A DNA stretch of 62,274 nt, filler included, from Chlamydiia bacterium (GTDB taxonomy: Bacteria; Chlamydiota; Chlamydiia; Chlamydiales; FEN-1388), in assembly GCA_903848235.1 (NCBI GenBank). It is 11 parts of 11 records of this genome, joined end to end, with 100 filler letters (N's around TTAATTAATTAA, not from the genome) between each part and the next. Parts side by side here need not be neighbours in the genome. Positions count along the whole stretch, not along the records: positions 44,013 to 50,645 come from CAINFV010000281.1; positions 50,746 to 57,041 come from CAINFV010000282.1; positions 57,142 to 59,352 come from CAINFV010000283.1; 8 more parts are not named here. One strand, 5' to 3'. Below the pieces are notes generated by a model. The model was not told the DNA's origin, ran no database searches, and saw only the letters and a program-made list of their open reading frames with translations. Position numbers and translations under genes: made by a program. Of the stretch, positions 48,550-57,680 are shown piece after piece (the first letter of the stretch is position 1; every line of letters begins with the position of its first letter).

Positions 48550-50436
48550 TTATGTTCTTTTTTGTGCCATCTGTCGGTTCGTCCACCATTGCTGGGCGAT
48601 GCCAAGGAGCATCGATGAGATCCAGTAGATGTTCAAACCAGCAGGGAACTGATAAAAGAGAATTGTCATCACAACAGTCATAATATTTCCCATAGCGCGC
48701 TGCTGCCGCTGCTGATCTGTCCACTCGCGAGGGTCTTTGGGAAGTGTCGACGAGAGGTTCTGCTGCCACCACATCGTTGCTCCTAAGACAAAAGGAAGAA
48801 GATGCAGCTGGCTGCCGAGGAGTGGAATATGGTATTTCCAGTCAAAGAGCACGTCGGGGGCTGACAGATTATCGATCCACCCTGCGATAAAGGGGGTGCC
48901 ACGCAGTTCAAAGGAAGAGCGTAGCAGGTCAAACATACCGATTAAAAACGGCATTTGGATGAGGAGGGGAAGGCAGCCTGAGAATGGGTTGACACGTTTT
49001 TCACGGTATAGAGCCATCACCTCCATCTGCGCCTTTGTCGGCTCTTTCTTGTACTTTTCTTGTATGGCCTTTACAAGCGGCGCTATCTCTTGCATCGACC
49101 GCATCGACCGCATCGACCAGCGGTTTAACGGATAGAGGAGGATTCGCAAGACGATGGTCACAAGAATGATAGAGAGCGCCCACGAGCCGAAGAGGCGGTA
49201 GAACTGCTTCATCAATAAGAAGAGGAACTTGGCAAATGGCTCTGAGATGAAGGCAAACCAGCCATGAAATGTCTGGCAGGCCATGTAGCTCGTTGGCTTA
49301 GAATAATCAGTGACGCTGTTCTCATCGATGGTGGAGAGCACGCTGTCTGCAAAGGGCCCTGCGAACATCCGCAGTTGCATGGTGTTTTCTGTTAATGAGA
49401 ATGGGATCTTGGCTTCATATCCAGGAAACTCTTCTGCCGAAGGATGGCGTTCTGCGACGTCGATATGCAGCAGGCGAGAGGGGACTTGAGCGCCAGGGAT
49501 AGCATTGAAGGACATCCCCACCCCCGAGCCCTTGAGAGGGTCGAGGATAATCCCAAAGAAGCCGTTAGAATCACATACCCAATCCGGCTGGATCGAAGAG
49601 CTGGCGAATGTCGTCTTTGGAAGATCCACCTTTTCGACGTCGCCCCGTGATCCTCTGATGACACGGTATTTTAGCGCAGCGCCACTCACTCCAGACATTA
49701 ACTCTACTTCTGGGACGCCGCTGGTAAGCCATACCTCTCTGCGATCGCCGTCGATGGTGACTTCAACGTCCATGCAGTAGGGGAATTTAGAAGGGTCTTT
49801 AGGAAAGGAAAACCGCTTTTTAATGATGCGATGGGGCTGGCGGGCTTCGAAGGTAATAGACGTCGAGGTGAATGATGTCATGCGGAAGGCAAGAGAGGAA
49901 AACTCCGCATAAGGTGACGTTAAGGCGCATGCCTCATGAGGTGCTGACGTGAGGGGAGACTCTTGTGTGTAAAAGCGGCGGAGAAGGGGGTAGTATTTAT
50001 CTAGTGTGGGAGTGAGAACAGAGCCATCTGCTCGTACTGCTTCTACAGCAGGAAACAGATCGTGCTTGGGAGCCTGTTCTACCATCTTCCTATCTGACTC
50101 TACAGAGCGGACAACGCTTTTTGGAAATTGGGGGCTCTCGAAGGGGAGGTTGATCTCAACGATGGACCCGCCGACAGAAGAAAAGACAATTTGCTGATAG
50201 TCGTTTTCCAGAACGTAATACTGCGCAGCAGAGGTGGGAAGAACGTCGCCTTCAACAGCCGCAGTATCTACATGAGGTGGTTCTTCGATGGAGGTCTGTT
50301 TCGGGGTAACCACAGTTTCCGTATGAGTCTTCTGCCATTCACGCCGATATTCTGCATCGCGCTGGCCGTACCAGAGCTTCACGAGGAAAAAGGATGTGGT
50401 GATAGAAAGAAGAAAAATAATCGATCTTTTATCCAT
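48550..50436 (-). CDS. yidC: Membrane protein insertase YidC
   Basis: VNPFSGCLPLLIQMP, WIDNLSAPD, PAGLNIYW; yidC-dnaA order as in Chlamydia. Confidence 0.96.
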   Translation of the reverse strand: MDKRSIIFLLSITTSFFLVKLWYGQRDAEYRREWQKTHTETVVTPKQTSIEEPPHVDTAAVEGDVLPTSAAQYYVLENDYQQIVFSSVGGSIVEINLPFESPQFPKSVVRSVESDRKMVEQAPKHDLFPAVEAVRADGSVLTPTLDKYYPLLRRFYTQESPLTSAPHEACALTSPYAEFSSLAFRMTSFTSTSITFEARQPHRIIKKRFSFPKDPSKFPYCMDVEVTIDGDRREVWLTSGVPEVELMSGVSGAALKYRVIRGSRGDVEKVDLPKTTFASSSIQPDWVCDSNGFFGIILDPLKGSGVGMSFNAIPGAQVPSRLLHIDVAERHPSAEEFPGYEAKIPFSLTENTMQLRMFAGPFADSVLSTIDENSVTDYSKPTSYMACQTFHGWFAFISEPFAKFLFLLMKQFYRLFGSWALSIILVTIVLRILLYPLNRWSMRSMRSMQEIAPLVKAIQEKYKKEPTKAQMEVMALYREKRVNPFSGCLPLLIQMPFLIGMFDLLRSSFELRGTPFIAGWIDNLSAPDVLFDWKYHIPLLGSQLHLLPFVLGATMWWQQNLSSTLPKDPREWTDQQRQQRAMGNIMTVVMTILFYQFPAGLNIYWISSMLLGIAQQWWTNRQMAQKRT

Positions 50437-50534
50437 GAGCCATTCCGTTCTAGATTAAGAGATATAGATAGGTTAGCAGGTTAGAGAAAATCCTGCTGAA
50501 GAAAACATGGATTTTTTGTCGTTTTGTACCGGCT

Positions 50535-50645
50535 AGGGACTGTAAAAAAATAACATGTACAAGTTGGCTGAGCGTGTGGCCATCGATCTGCCGATGGATC
50601 GTTCCTCGCCCATAGCACGCTATGGGGCTCGTTACGATCCTCGAC
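50535..50645. repeat. Probable further palindromic element, truncated by contig end
   Basis: TAGGGACTGTAAAAAAATAAC start and nested hairpins (CCCATAGC-AC-GCTATGGG). Confidence 0.4.
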
Positions 50646-51098
50646 NNNNNNNNNNNNNNNNNNNNNNNNNNNNNNNNNNNNNNNNNNNNTTAATTAATTA
50701 ANNNNNNNNNNNNNNNNNNNNNNNNNNNNNNNNNNNNNNNNNNNNTAACGGTCTGAGGAGGGTCGTGCGCGACCTCTCCCAAAAATACGGAACGAATGTT
50801 CCGATAGTGCCCTGCTCGGGCCTCGTCTCCGTTGAGGAGCGATGGGCCTGGCGTGTCCTTCCTAGGGGGATAGTTGTCTGTCCCGCTGGGGAACGGACGG
50901 CGAGCAATCGCAGCGCCAGGAAATTAATTCAAGAGCGTGGTTGCTCTTGGCCAAAACTTGGTCATTGATCAGCAATGATCAACTATGAACATGTTTTGGA
51001 GAGCGGTGGCAGAGGAACTCTACGGTTCGATCTGCGCCATCAATTCTAATCACGAAAACCACCTTACTTATATAATATTATTGTCGATTTACTTCGTC

Positions 51099-51944
51099 TT
51101 AGTGGAGAGGAATGTAGATTTTTGTGATCAATTTACTTTCGTCAACATCCACATATTCCAAATTGAAAAGCTCACAAAAAACTGAACGAGCGTCATCAAA
51201 ATTTTCCTTGTTATCTGGAAGCCACCGTAGAAAAATTCTATCACAGACCCCCTGAATGCCAGTATGCGGCCCATGATGGACGAAAATAGCATATTTCCCA
51301 CCTTTGAGAATTTGCTGACTAACCTCACCTTTCACTGGAACTTCTTGAGAAGTTTGGATACAGGCATCAATACGAAGTCTGTCCTCACTCGTCACCTGAG
51401 GATCGTCATGAGAGATAGTGAAATACCGCATTCGGGATCTGTCTAACTGACTATCTTTTATGTATGCAACCATTGCTTTCCAAGCATTCTCGATAGCCGA
51501 ATTTCCAGTTCTTCTGATAAAAAAAAGGCTTAGATCCGGTATTTTTTCAGTCTTATCTGGCCTTATCATTGGCAACTCATTAATTTTCTTTGTCATTGCG
51601 TTAACTTCCTTATATAATGCACGATAATTTTTAGGAGATTTCCCCATGTATTGTTTAAACGATCTAGTAAAAGCCGATGGCGTATCATAGTTCGTCTCCA
51701 AGGCTATTTCAGTAACCGGTTGCCTAGTATGCAGCAACCTTCCTGCTGCCCTTTCCAATCGCAACCTTCTTACGTACTTATGCACCGTCTCACCAACGAT
51801 AGCCTGAAAAATCCGATGGAAGTGAAATGGTGAGTAGCAGGCTACCTTCGCCAATTCATCCATCGAAAGATCATCTTCAATGTGATCCTCGATATAGATC
51901 AGCACTTTTAGCATTCGCTTCACATACTCTTCAGAATAATTCAT
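51099..51944 (-). CDS. AraC-family regulator with GyrI-like effector-binding domain
   Basis: YSPFHFHRIF, AFTRSFKQ, LRIDAC, GGKYAIFVHHG. Confidence 0.92.
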   Translation of the reverse strand: MNYSEEYVKRMLKVLIYIEDHIEDDLSMDELAKVACYSPFHFHRIFQAIVGETVHKYVRRLRLERAAGRLLHTRQPVTEIALETNYDTPSAFTRSFKQYMGKSPKNYRALYKEVNAMTKKINELPMIRPDKTEKIPDLSLFFIRRTGNSAIENAWKAMVAYIKDSQLDRSRMRYFTISHDDPQVTSEDRLRIDACIQTSQEVPVKGEVSQQILKGGKYAIFVHHGPHTGIQGVCDRIFLRWLPDNKENFDDARSVFCELFNLEYVDVDESKLITKIYIPLH

Positions 51945-52226
51945 CTGTTTTTCCTCCTTTGAAACAAGGTTACATTATGTCCGGAAATTCATACTTTCCC
52001 GTTCCTGCGATTTTTTAAACGTATACACATCTTAGCTGAAGAATTGGATTAGCCACACAAAGTTGACAGAGAGGTGGAGGCCCAGTCGATCACTGGATTG
52101 TTAAATAGATTTTCTAGCACATCGACCACCTTTTTTGGCTATATTACCAACAAAATTGGTGGGTTGCCAATGGACCAACATCGTCAAGCCACTCATCATT
52201 TCTAAGTAGCGGCTGGGAGGTTTTTC

Positions 52227-53804
52227 TCAAGCAAAAAGAATATGCTCTAAGTGCGTTGCCACCTCATCTTTAATACTTTTATCGTCATGATTTGTCAGTA
52301 CAATGAGGCTTCGCTGCGAAAAAGTGTATCTGTTCAGGATTGAGCTAAATCCGTCAATTTTTCCATTGTGGTAAACTAAAGGACCAACTTTTTCATCCCG
52401 AACAAGGAACACACCAAGACCATACCGTAGTTCGGGATATGTTTGATCTTTCCTGGGATGGGCTCCTTTTTCGTCTTGGTCATAAAGAAATAACGGTGCT
52501 TCGGGATGACTTGGATCGAAAGGGGCGTACACTTTCATTGGAATTGTGCAGTCTTCCATCATCTGCTGAACTTCTTTTAGAGGACCTAGAAGAGCTCTAT
52601 CCCACGCCCATAAATCTTCTACCGTGCATATCATAGCTCCTGCTGAATAGGCTTTTGATAAGTGTCTTTCCATAGGCATTGGAAATAACGCCCCCCTTTC
52701 TTCCCGTTGGACAAACCCAGTTGCAACATCAGGTTGTTCACGATATGACGAAAGCATTCCCGCGTGACTCATCCCACAAGGCTCAAAAATTTCCTTTTTC
52801 ATAAATTCTTCGAGAGGCTGCCCTCCCCTAAGGTTTTCAATGATAAATCCCAGCAACGCATATCCCTTGTTGCTATACATCCACATCTCGCCTGGAGGAA
52901 AAAGGAGATCTTCTTTCCTAATAATTTCAAAAAGATCCTCTGACGTAAAATTATGAGGTCTAGATTCGTCTCCATGTGTTGCTCCATAGGAATCAGAAAG
53001 GCCAGAAGAGTGCCTCAAAAGATGTTCTAAGGTAATACCATCCCACGCAGGGCTCTTGTAATACTTGGCGGGAAGAAGATCTTTTATTGGAGTGGTTAAA
53101 TCAAGCCTTCCCCCCTCATCTAAATGTAATCGATCTCGAATTTTGGGATTGGTAATGAGTTCCTTATTTTGTAGAAAAAGGGTGAGAGCGGCACCAGTAA
53201 ACTGCTTTGTCAATGAGCCAATACAAAATCTGGTTTCTGGGGTATTTCGAGTGGTGAGCGGTTGGTCATTCGAAGGGCCATATCCTCCAGAAAAGACAGA
53301 AACTCCCCCCTGCTGAATAAGGACCGCCCCTCTAAATTGTCTTGCCACCTCCATATATTTTAGGTAAGCATCCATTTCGAGTTTTTTGGCTCCCATGATG
53401 GCTTCGGAACTCTCTGGATGTGCCACCTGTAGATCTACACGGGTTTTTTCTTTTGTTTCCCAATCCTGTTTAAGCGACTGTAGCTCACCATCGACTACTT
53501 GTTTGGGTGAAGTACCAAACGCTGAAATATGAATTTCTTCAACATGTCGCTCAGTAGAAATCCTTTCGTCTTCAAGTGATATGTGATGCTCTATAACATT
53601 CCCCTCAACGGAGCCTTCTTTTTCCAAAATCTGCTCCTGAGCCACATGTGAGGTTTTTTCAACTTCTCCCTCCTGGAGGGCTGGTGAAAGCTGCAGGATG
53701 GCATGCTCTCCCATAGAACCTTTTTTTTCCTCTGCCTCAGAAGTTCGAGCAGTTAATGGCTCACCAGTCGCTGATAAACCAACATTTTTTTGAGCCTCCA
53801 ACAT
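52227..53804 (-). CDS. Serine hydrolase (class C beta-lactamase-like) with long acidic N-terminal extension
   Basis: GSLTKQF (SxxK), LLRHSSG, YSN, HNG. Confidence 0.85.
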   Translation of the reverse strand: MLEAQKNVGLSATGEPLTARTSEAEEKKGSMGEHAILQLSPALQEGEVEKTSHVAQEQILEKEGSVEGNVIEHHISLEDERISTERHVEEIHISAFGTSPKQVVDGELQSLKQDWETKEKTRVDLQVAHPESSEAIMGAKKLEMDAYLKYMEVARQFRGAVLIQQGGVSVFSGGYGPSNDQPLTTRNTPETRFCIGSLTKQFTGAALTLFLQNKELITNPKIRDRLHLDEGGRLDLTTPIKDLLPAKYYKSPAWDGITLEHLLRHSSGLSDSYGATHGDESRPHNFTSEDLFEIIRKEDLLFPPGEMWMYSNKGYALLGFIIENLRGGQPLEEFMKKEIFEPCGMSHAGMLSSYREQPDVATGFVQREERGALFPMPMERHLSKAYSAGAMICTVEDLWAWDRALLGPLKEVQQMMEDCTIPMKVYAPFDPSHPEAPLFLYDQDEKGAHPRKDQTYPELRYGLGVFLVRDEKVGPLVYHNGKIDGFSSILNRYTFSQRSLIVLTNHDDKSIKDEVATHLEHILFA

Positions 53805-53968
53805 TCATCCCTCTCCTCTGTCATTGGAAATATTTCCCTCCATACAGCATCAATCAATTCACTACAAGCTATCGACGCTCATCTTATCAGGATATCACCT
53901 TCAGAGCCCCTGAGAAGCAAGTTGTGTATAGAAAAAAAAGAATTCTGACAAAAGTTCTGACATAACGC

Positions 53969-54136
53969 TTAAAACCCAAGTTGCTACCTATTCGTTAGGG
54001 GGCAACGATGTTGGGCGAGCCAGATTGAGCGATTCGAGACGACGTCAAGGGTGTAACCCTTGACGAGGAGCGAAGCGCTATAGATGGCCGTCCAAAACAA
54101 GTTGAATCTAACGAATAGGGTGCAACTTGAGTTTAA
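53969..54136. repeat. Palindromic element family C (long form)
   Basis: IR AAACCCAAGTTGC..CCTATTCGTTAG, TTAA at both ends, inner hairpin CGTCAAGGG/CCCTTGACG. Confidence 0.85.
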
Positions 54137-54198
54137 AGTCATGTTGTCAGGAAAAGGCATTGATACGGAACTGGTTGATTTTGAATGGATTAAGGAAG

Positions 54199-54240
54199 TG
54201 GGGCAAGTAGGGATTGAACCTTAAGACCGACGGATTATGA
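54199..54240 (-). repeat. tRNA(CAT) 3' fragment, att-like site A
   Basis: Minus strand TCATAATCCGTCGGTCTTAAGGTTCAATCCCTACTTGCCCCA; no 5' half. Confidence 0.8.
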
Positions 54241-54300
54241 ATGCGGGAGAATCTCAACTCCATCGCTTCATTCACGCACGCTCACCAAAAGGACACAGTA

Positions 54301-54525
54301 TCATCCTGAGAATCCGCATTTAGTACACTCGCCTATGTCGGCCTCAGCAGCCTCTTCCCAGGTAAATTCACCGCAAGAAGGACACTGGCCTAAAAGAATG
54401 GGGGGTGCGGTATAGAATGTGTCAGCTGTGTAATATTTCCCGAGAAGTTGATAGCATTGGAAAAAATCCTTTCTGAGTATAGCTTGCTCAAGCGTCATCC
54501 CAAGGTCTTTAGTTTTTTTATTCAT
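54301..54525 (-). CDS. small zinc-ribbon protein
   Basis: CPSC...CTKC; start overlaps the upstream stop (TAATG). Confidence 0.6.
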   Translation of the reverse strand: MNKKTKDLGMTLEQAILRKDFFQCYQLLGKYYTADTFYTAPPILLGQCPSCGEFTWEEAAEADIGECTKCGFSG

Positions 54526-54962
54526 TACTCAAGACTCTCGCTAAATGGATCTTTACATTTCGTGCACCATAGTTGGTCGCCCTTCATAGTATAACCATCG
54601 GTGCCAAATTTTATTATTCCTGAGCAAATGCTGCAATGTGAAGGTTCATATTCCGGAGGGTTCTGAAGTTTTTCGAAATTATATTCATTCGTCCCATAGT
54701 AAACTACCATTTCGGGCTCAAATCCCTCCCTGCATGCTTTACAGTCCTGCCATTTACCTGAGTGGCCCTCGTTATGATGAAAACCACAAAGGGTATAGCG
54801 TCTGTGATTGCGTGAACAACTATTCTTCGCGTAGGAAAATACTACGTATTTGTGTTCATCATCACAAATCCATTGATCGCAACATGGTGTTTTCGTCAGG
54901 TTTTTACCTTTGCCACACAGCCCACACTTTGGTTTCGCTGGTCCTGGATTTTTTTTCATCAA
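54525..54962 (-). CDS. Cys/His-rich putative multi-zinc-binding protein
   Basis: CGLC, CC..WIC, C.RNH...C.FH...H...CKAC, CSIC...CTKC. Confidence 0.75.
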   Translation of the reverse strand: MMKKNPGPAKPKCGLCGKGKNLTKTPCCDQWICDDEHKYVVFSYAKNSCSRNHRRYTLCGFHHNEGHSGKWQDCKACREGFEPEMVVYYGTNEYNFEKLQNPPEYEPSHCSICSGIIKFGTDGYTMKGDQLWCTKCKDPFSESLE

Positions 54963-54966
54963 TCGA

Positions 54967-55009
54967 CGAGGCTAAAGACCGTGACCTTTAGGTCATGGAG
55001 GAAGCCTCG
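54967..55009. mobile_element. IS200/IS605-type end hairpin remnant
   Basis: CCGTGACCT-TT-AGGTCATGG hairpin inside a CGAGGCT/AGCCTCG stem; no tnpA/tnpB nearby. Confidence 0.5.
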
Positions 55010-55090
55010 CTCCTTAGTTAAGTGTTAAAAATGGGAGGGTACCCCCCATGATAAGTCCTTCGTAAATAATCTGATCCTCTATCCGGCACT

Positions 55091-56206
55091 CTAAGATTCT
55101 CTTCCATGGTGAAATCCTAGAAAGAGCTTCTCTGACCTCTCAGACGTTTTATTGATAGCAGGGTTGACGTTAAGTTGTTTTCCCGCCTTGTGGCCGAGCA
55201 AAGAGGCTTCCTCACAATAGAGTGAACTGCTTTTGCTAGATCTTAACCGTGGATAGGCCATCGCCCGGGCATCATCGAGCTTCTTTTCAATAATCATCAA
55301 CGCATGTGTCATGTCTGTCGCAGAGGCCTGTTTAAGAGCACGCACCTTATCGCAATAACCCCTAGCCACGCCAAAGAAAAAGGAGTTCTTGGCCACTCTC
55401 CCTCGCACATGAGCACTCTTTTGTGCTTGATCCCACAGTATATCTAATTGATGATCCAGGACAATCGCCACGTATTCGGCAATGGATACATTGACTGAAT
55501 CTCCTAAGATTTCAAGGTAGGTAAAGTCACCCACTCTGTTATAGACAACGCTAACGAAAAAAGTCATGAGAATATTCCCAATAGCGCATGTTTTAGCATC
55601 CTTCCTTTTCTGTTTCATGATGCGCTTCAGAACTACCTTTTCTCCATCCCCTTCGTCAATAGAAGTGGCCTCCATATGATGATTCAAAAGGAGCTGTTGA
55701 GACTTGATCATCGCCTGTTCTGCTTCATGGATATTGCTACTTGTAGCAAGGGCCAAGAGTTTTTTCACTTTTCTTAATACAGAGCTCTCTTCCACTTGGG
55801 CATCGGTTCCTTTCCTCTCCAGTGTGATGGCCGCTCTCTGTACTTCTTCTCCCCATCCCATCCTTGTGCAAAGATCTTTAAATTCTTCTGAATGAGGAGG
55901 CAATACCATGCCATGATTAATAAACGTGATGTAATGAGCCAACTCATGCCTAATTACATTATGTAGCTGTTCCCGAGAGACGCGCATCAAACACTCGTGA
56001 AAGCCTAGCTCATAAAAAGTTGGATCAAAGTATCCTATCTGATTAGCATCATTATAAATGACTATGTTGATGGGGTATGACTGCAGCCATCGATCACAGA
56101 AATAATCTTTTCCCGTTTGGAGCCCAACTTCCCGCGTTAGTACATGTTTTACGGTCTGTTTGATCTCATTGACAAACGAAACGATTTTTTTTGAATAAAC
56201 TATCAC
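55091..56206 (-). CDS. SprT-like metalloprotease fused to a DUF2786-like domain
   Basis: RHELAH (HExxH)...PHSEEF; KVKKLLALATSSNIHEA. Confidence 0.8.
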   Translation of the reverse strand: MIVYSKKIVSFVNEIKQTVKHVLTREVGLQTGKDYFCDRWLQSYPINIVIYNDANQIGYFDPTFYELGFHECLMRVSREQLHNVIRHELAHYITFINHGMVLPPHSEEFKDLCTRMGWGEEVQRAAITLERKGTDAQVEESSVLRKVKKLLALATSSNIHEAEQAMIKSQQLLLNHHMEATSIDEGDGEKVVLKRIMKQKRKDAKTCAIGNILMTFFVSVVYNRVGDFTYLEILGDSVNVSIAEYVAIVLDHQLDILWDQAQKSAHVRGRVAKNSFFFGVARGYCDKVRALKQASATDMTHALMIIEKKLDDARAMAYPRLRSSKSSSLYCEEASLLGHKAGKQLNVNPAINKTSERSEKLFLGFHHGRES

Positions 56207-56511
56207 AAGAACTTCCTACTCATCGTTGGTGCTGAAGAAGATTGCAGTCTTCTGCTAAATCTACGGCCACATAGGGTTCATTTTGACCGTTCAAAACGGG
56301 GTAACACTTCCCAAAAAAGGTGATATACCAATCAATTTTTCCGTATAACGTTTATGAACTCAAGCCGCATACCGTTGTTGGTTCGAGCGGCATGGTTGGT
56401 GTTGGTAAGATTCTTCTTCGTTGCACCCCCATTGCACCGCGGTGACAATTTTTAGCTCGATGATTGATATTCCATCAAGCTAAACCATGCCCACAGATAT
56501 GTATGAAGAAA

Positions 56512-56558
56512 TGGGGCAAGTAGGGATTGAACCTACGACCGACAAATTATGAGTCCGC
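56512..56558 (-). repeat. tRNA(CAT) 3' fragment, att-like site B
   Basis: Minus strand GCGGACTCATAATTTGTCGGTCGTAGGTTCAATCCCTACTTGCCCCA; direct repeat of site A. Confidence 0.8.
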
Positions 56559-56766
56559 AGTTTCTCAATACTTGACAACAGTCATTCGCTGTTCACAGCA
56601 GCATGATAGCAGGGTTAGCCCTAGATTTTCAATTGACACGTGATGCGGTGTGCTGACAGAAATAGGACAGCAGTGTGTCAAAAATGTGCCAAGGAAATTT
56701 GAAAGTCATTGACTTTGCGTAGCCTTGGTGAAAAAATCTTCGTTTATCTTTACAAGAGGCACACGA

Positions 56767-57041
56767 ATGATCAAGAAATTGAAACATTTCCCACTTCCTG
56801 CATTTTCAGCATCTGAAATTCCATCTGATTACTCCGGGTTTCTTAATGAATTGAAATCTAGAATACAAACCGCACAGTTGAAAGCCATAGCATCCGTAAA
56901 CCGTGGACTAACATCCTTGTACTGGGACATCGGTTATGAGCTATCGAAAAAAATCAGTCAGGAAGGATGGGGTTCAAAAACGATAGAACGCCTTTCGGTT
57001 GACCTGGCAAGTGCTTTTCCAGGTGTAGCTGGATTTTCAAA
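56767..57041 (+). CDS. YhcG/DUF1016 (PDDEXK nuclease-like) N-terminus, 3' partial
   Basis: LKSRIQTAQLKA...VN...LYWDIG...WGSK...LSVDL...GFS. Confidence 0.85.
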
Positions 57042-57410
57042 NNNNNNNNNNNNNNNNNNNNNNNNNNNNNNNNNNNNNNNNNNNNTTAATTAATTAANNN
57101 NNNNNNNNNNNNNNNNNNNNNNNNNNNNNNNNNNNNNNNNNAAGAAAGGCCACCAATAGAAGAACAAAAAGAACACGGCGAGACATGAGAACCAAACCAA
57201 AAAAAAGATGTCATGGCCAATTAATATACATAATTTTGGATTAATTTGCAGAGATCATTCATCGTAAGCCCGACGAAACAGTCTGAATTGCTGAACGAAA
57301 CTTCTCAGGCTAGGCTCAAATAGACTGGGAGCGTATAATGAGAATCTTAAAACCATGCTTTCAGCAAGAAAGTCGGTTTCTCATCTATTTTGTACGGAGC
57401 AGCGAACTCA

Positions 57411-57674
57411 ATGGCTACACAGATACGATATCCTTATCCTATTCGCTACAGCGGATTTTTACTGTGGCCATTTTTGTTTGCTCTGTTTTTCCCTCCCATC
57501 AGCCTGCTTCTCGTCATCAAAAATGCCAGCTTTATCAAAAACAGTTCCTCTTTTCGGCTCTCGTACAATGGATCGTGGTTCTGGGTTTTCTTCTGGACGG
57601 TGTTCTTTTTCCCGATTGGCATCATCCTGTTTTTGGTCAATGGCGCCGACGTCGTGGAAACGACTCTCATATAA
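57411..57674 (+). CDS. small membrane protein with internal duplication
   Basis: YSGFLLWPFLFALFFPPI repeats as YNGSWFWVFFWTVFFFPI. Confidence 0.65.
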   Translation: MATQIRYPYPIRYSGFLLWPFLFALFFPPISLLLVIKNASFIKNSSSFRLSYNGSWFWVFFWTVFFFPIGIILFLVNGADVVETTLI

Positions 57675-57680
57675 GAGCCT

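Noticed and set aside
56512..56558. Functional tRNA-Met/Ile2 gene
   Set aside because: The 5' acceptor strand and D-arm are missing and the anticodon stem is mutated; treated as an att remnant
57262..57312. CTGA...CGAAAC resembling a hammerhead ribozyme
   Set aside because: No CUGAnGA core with the required three stems
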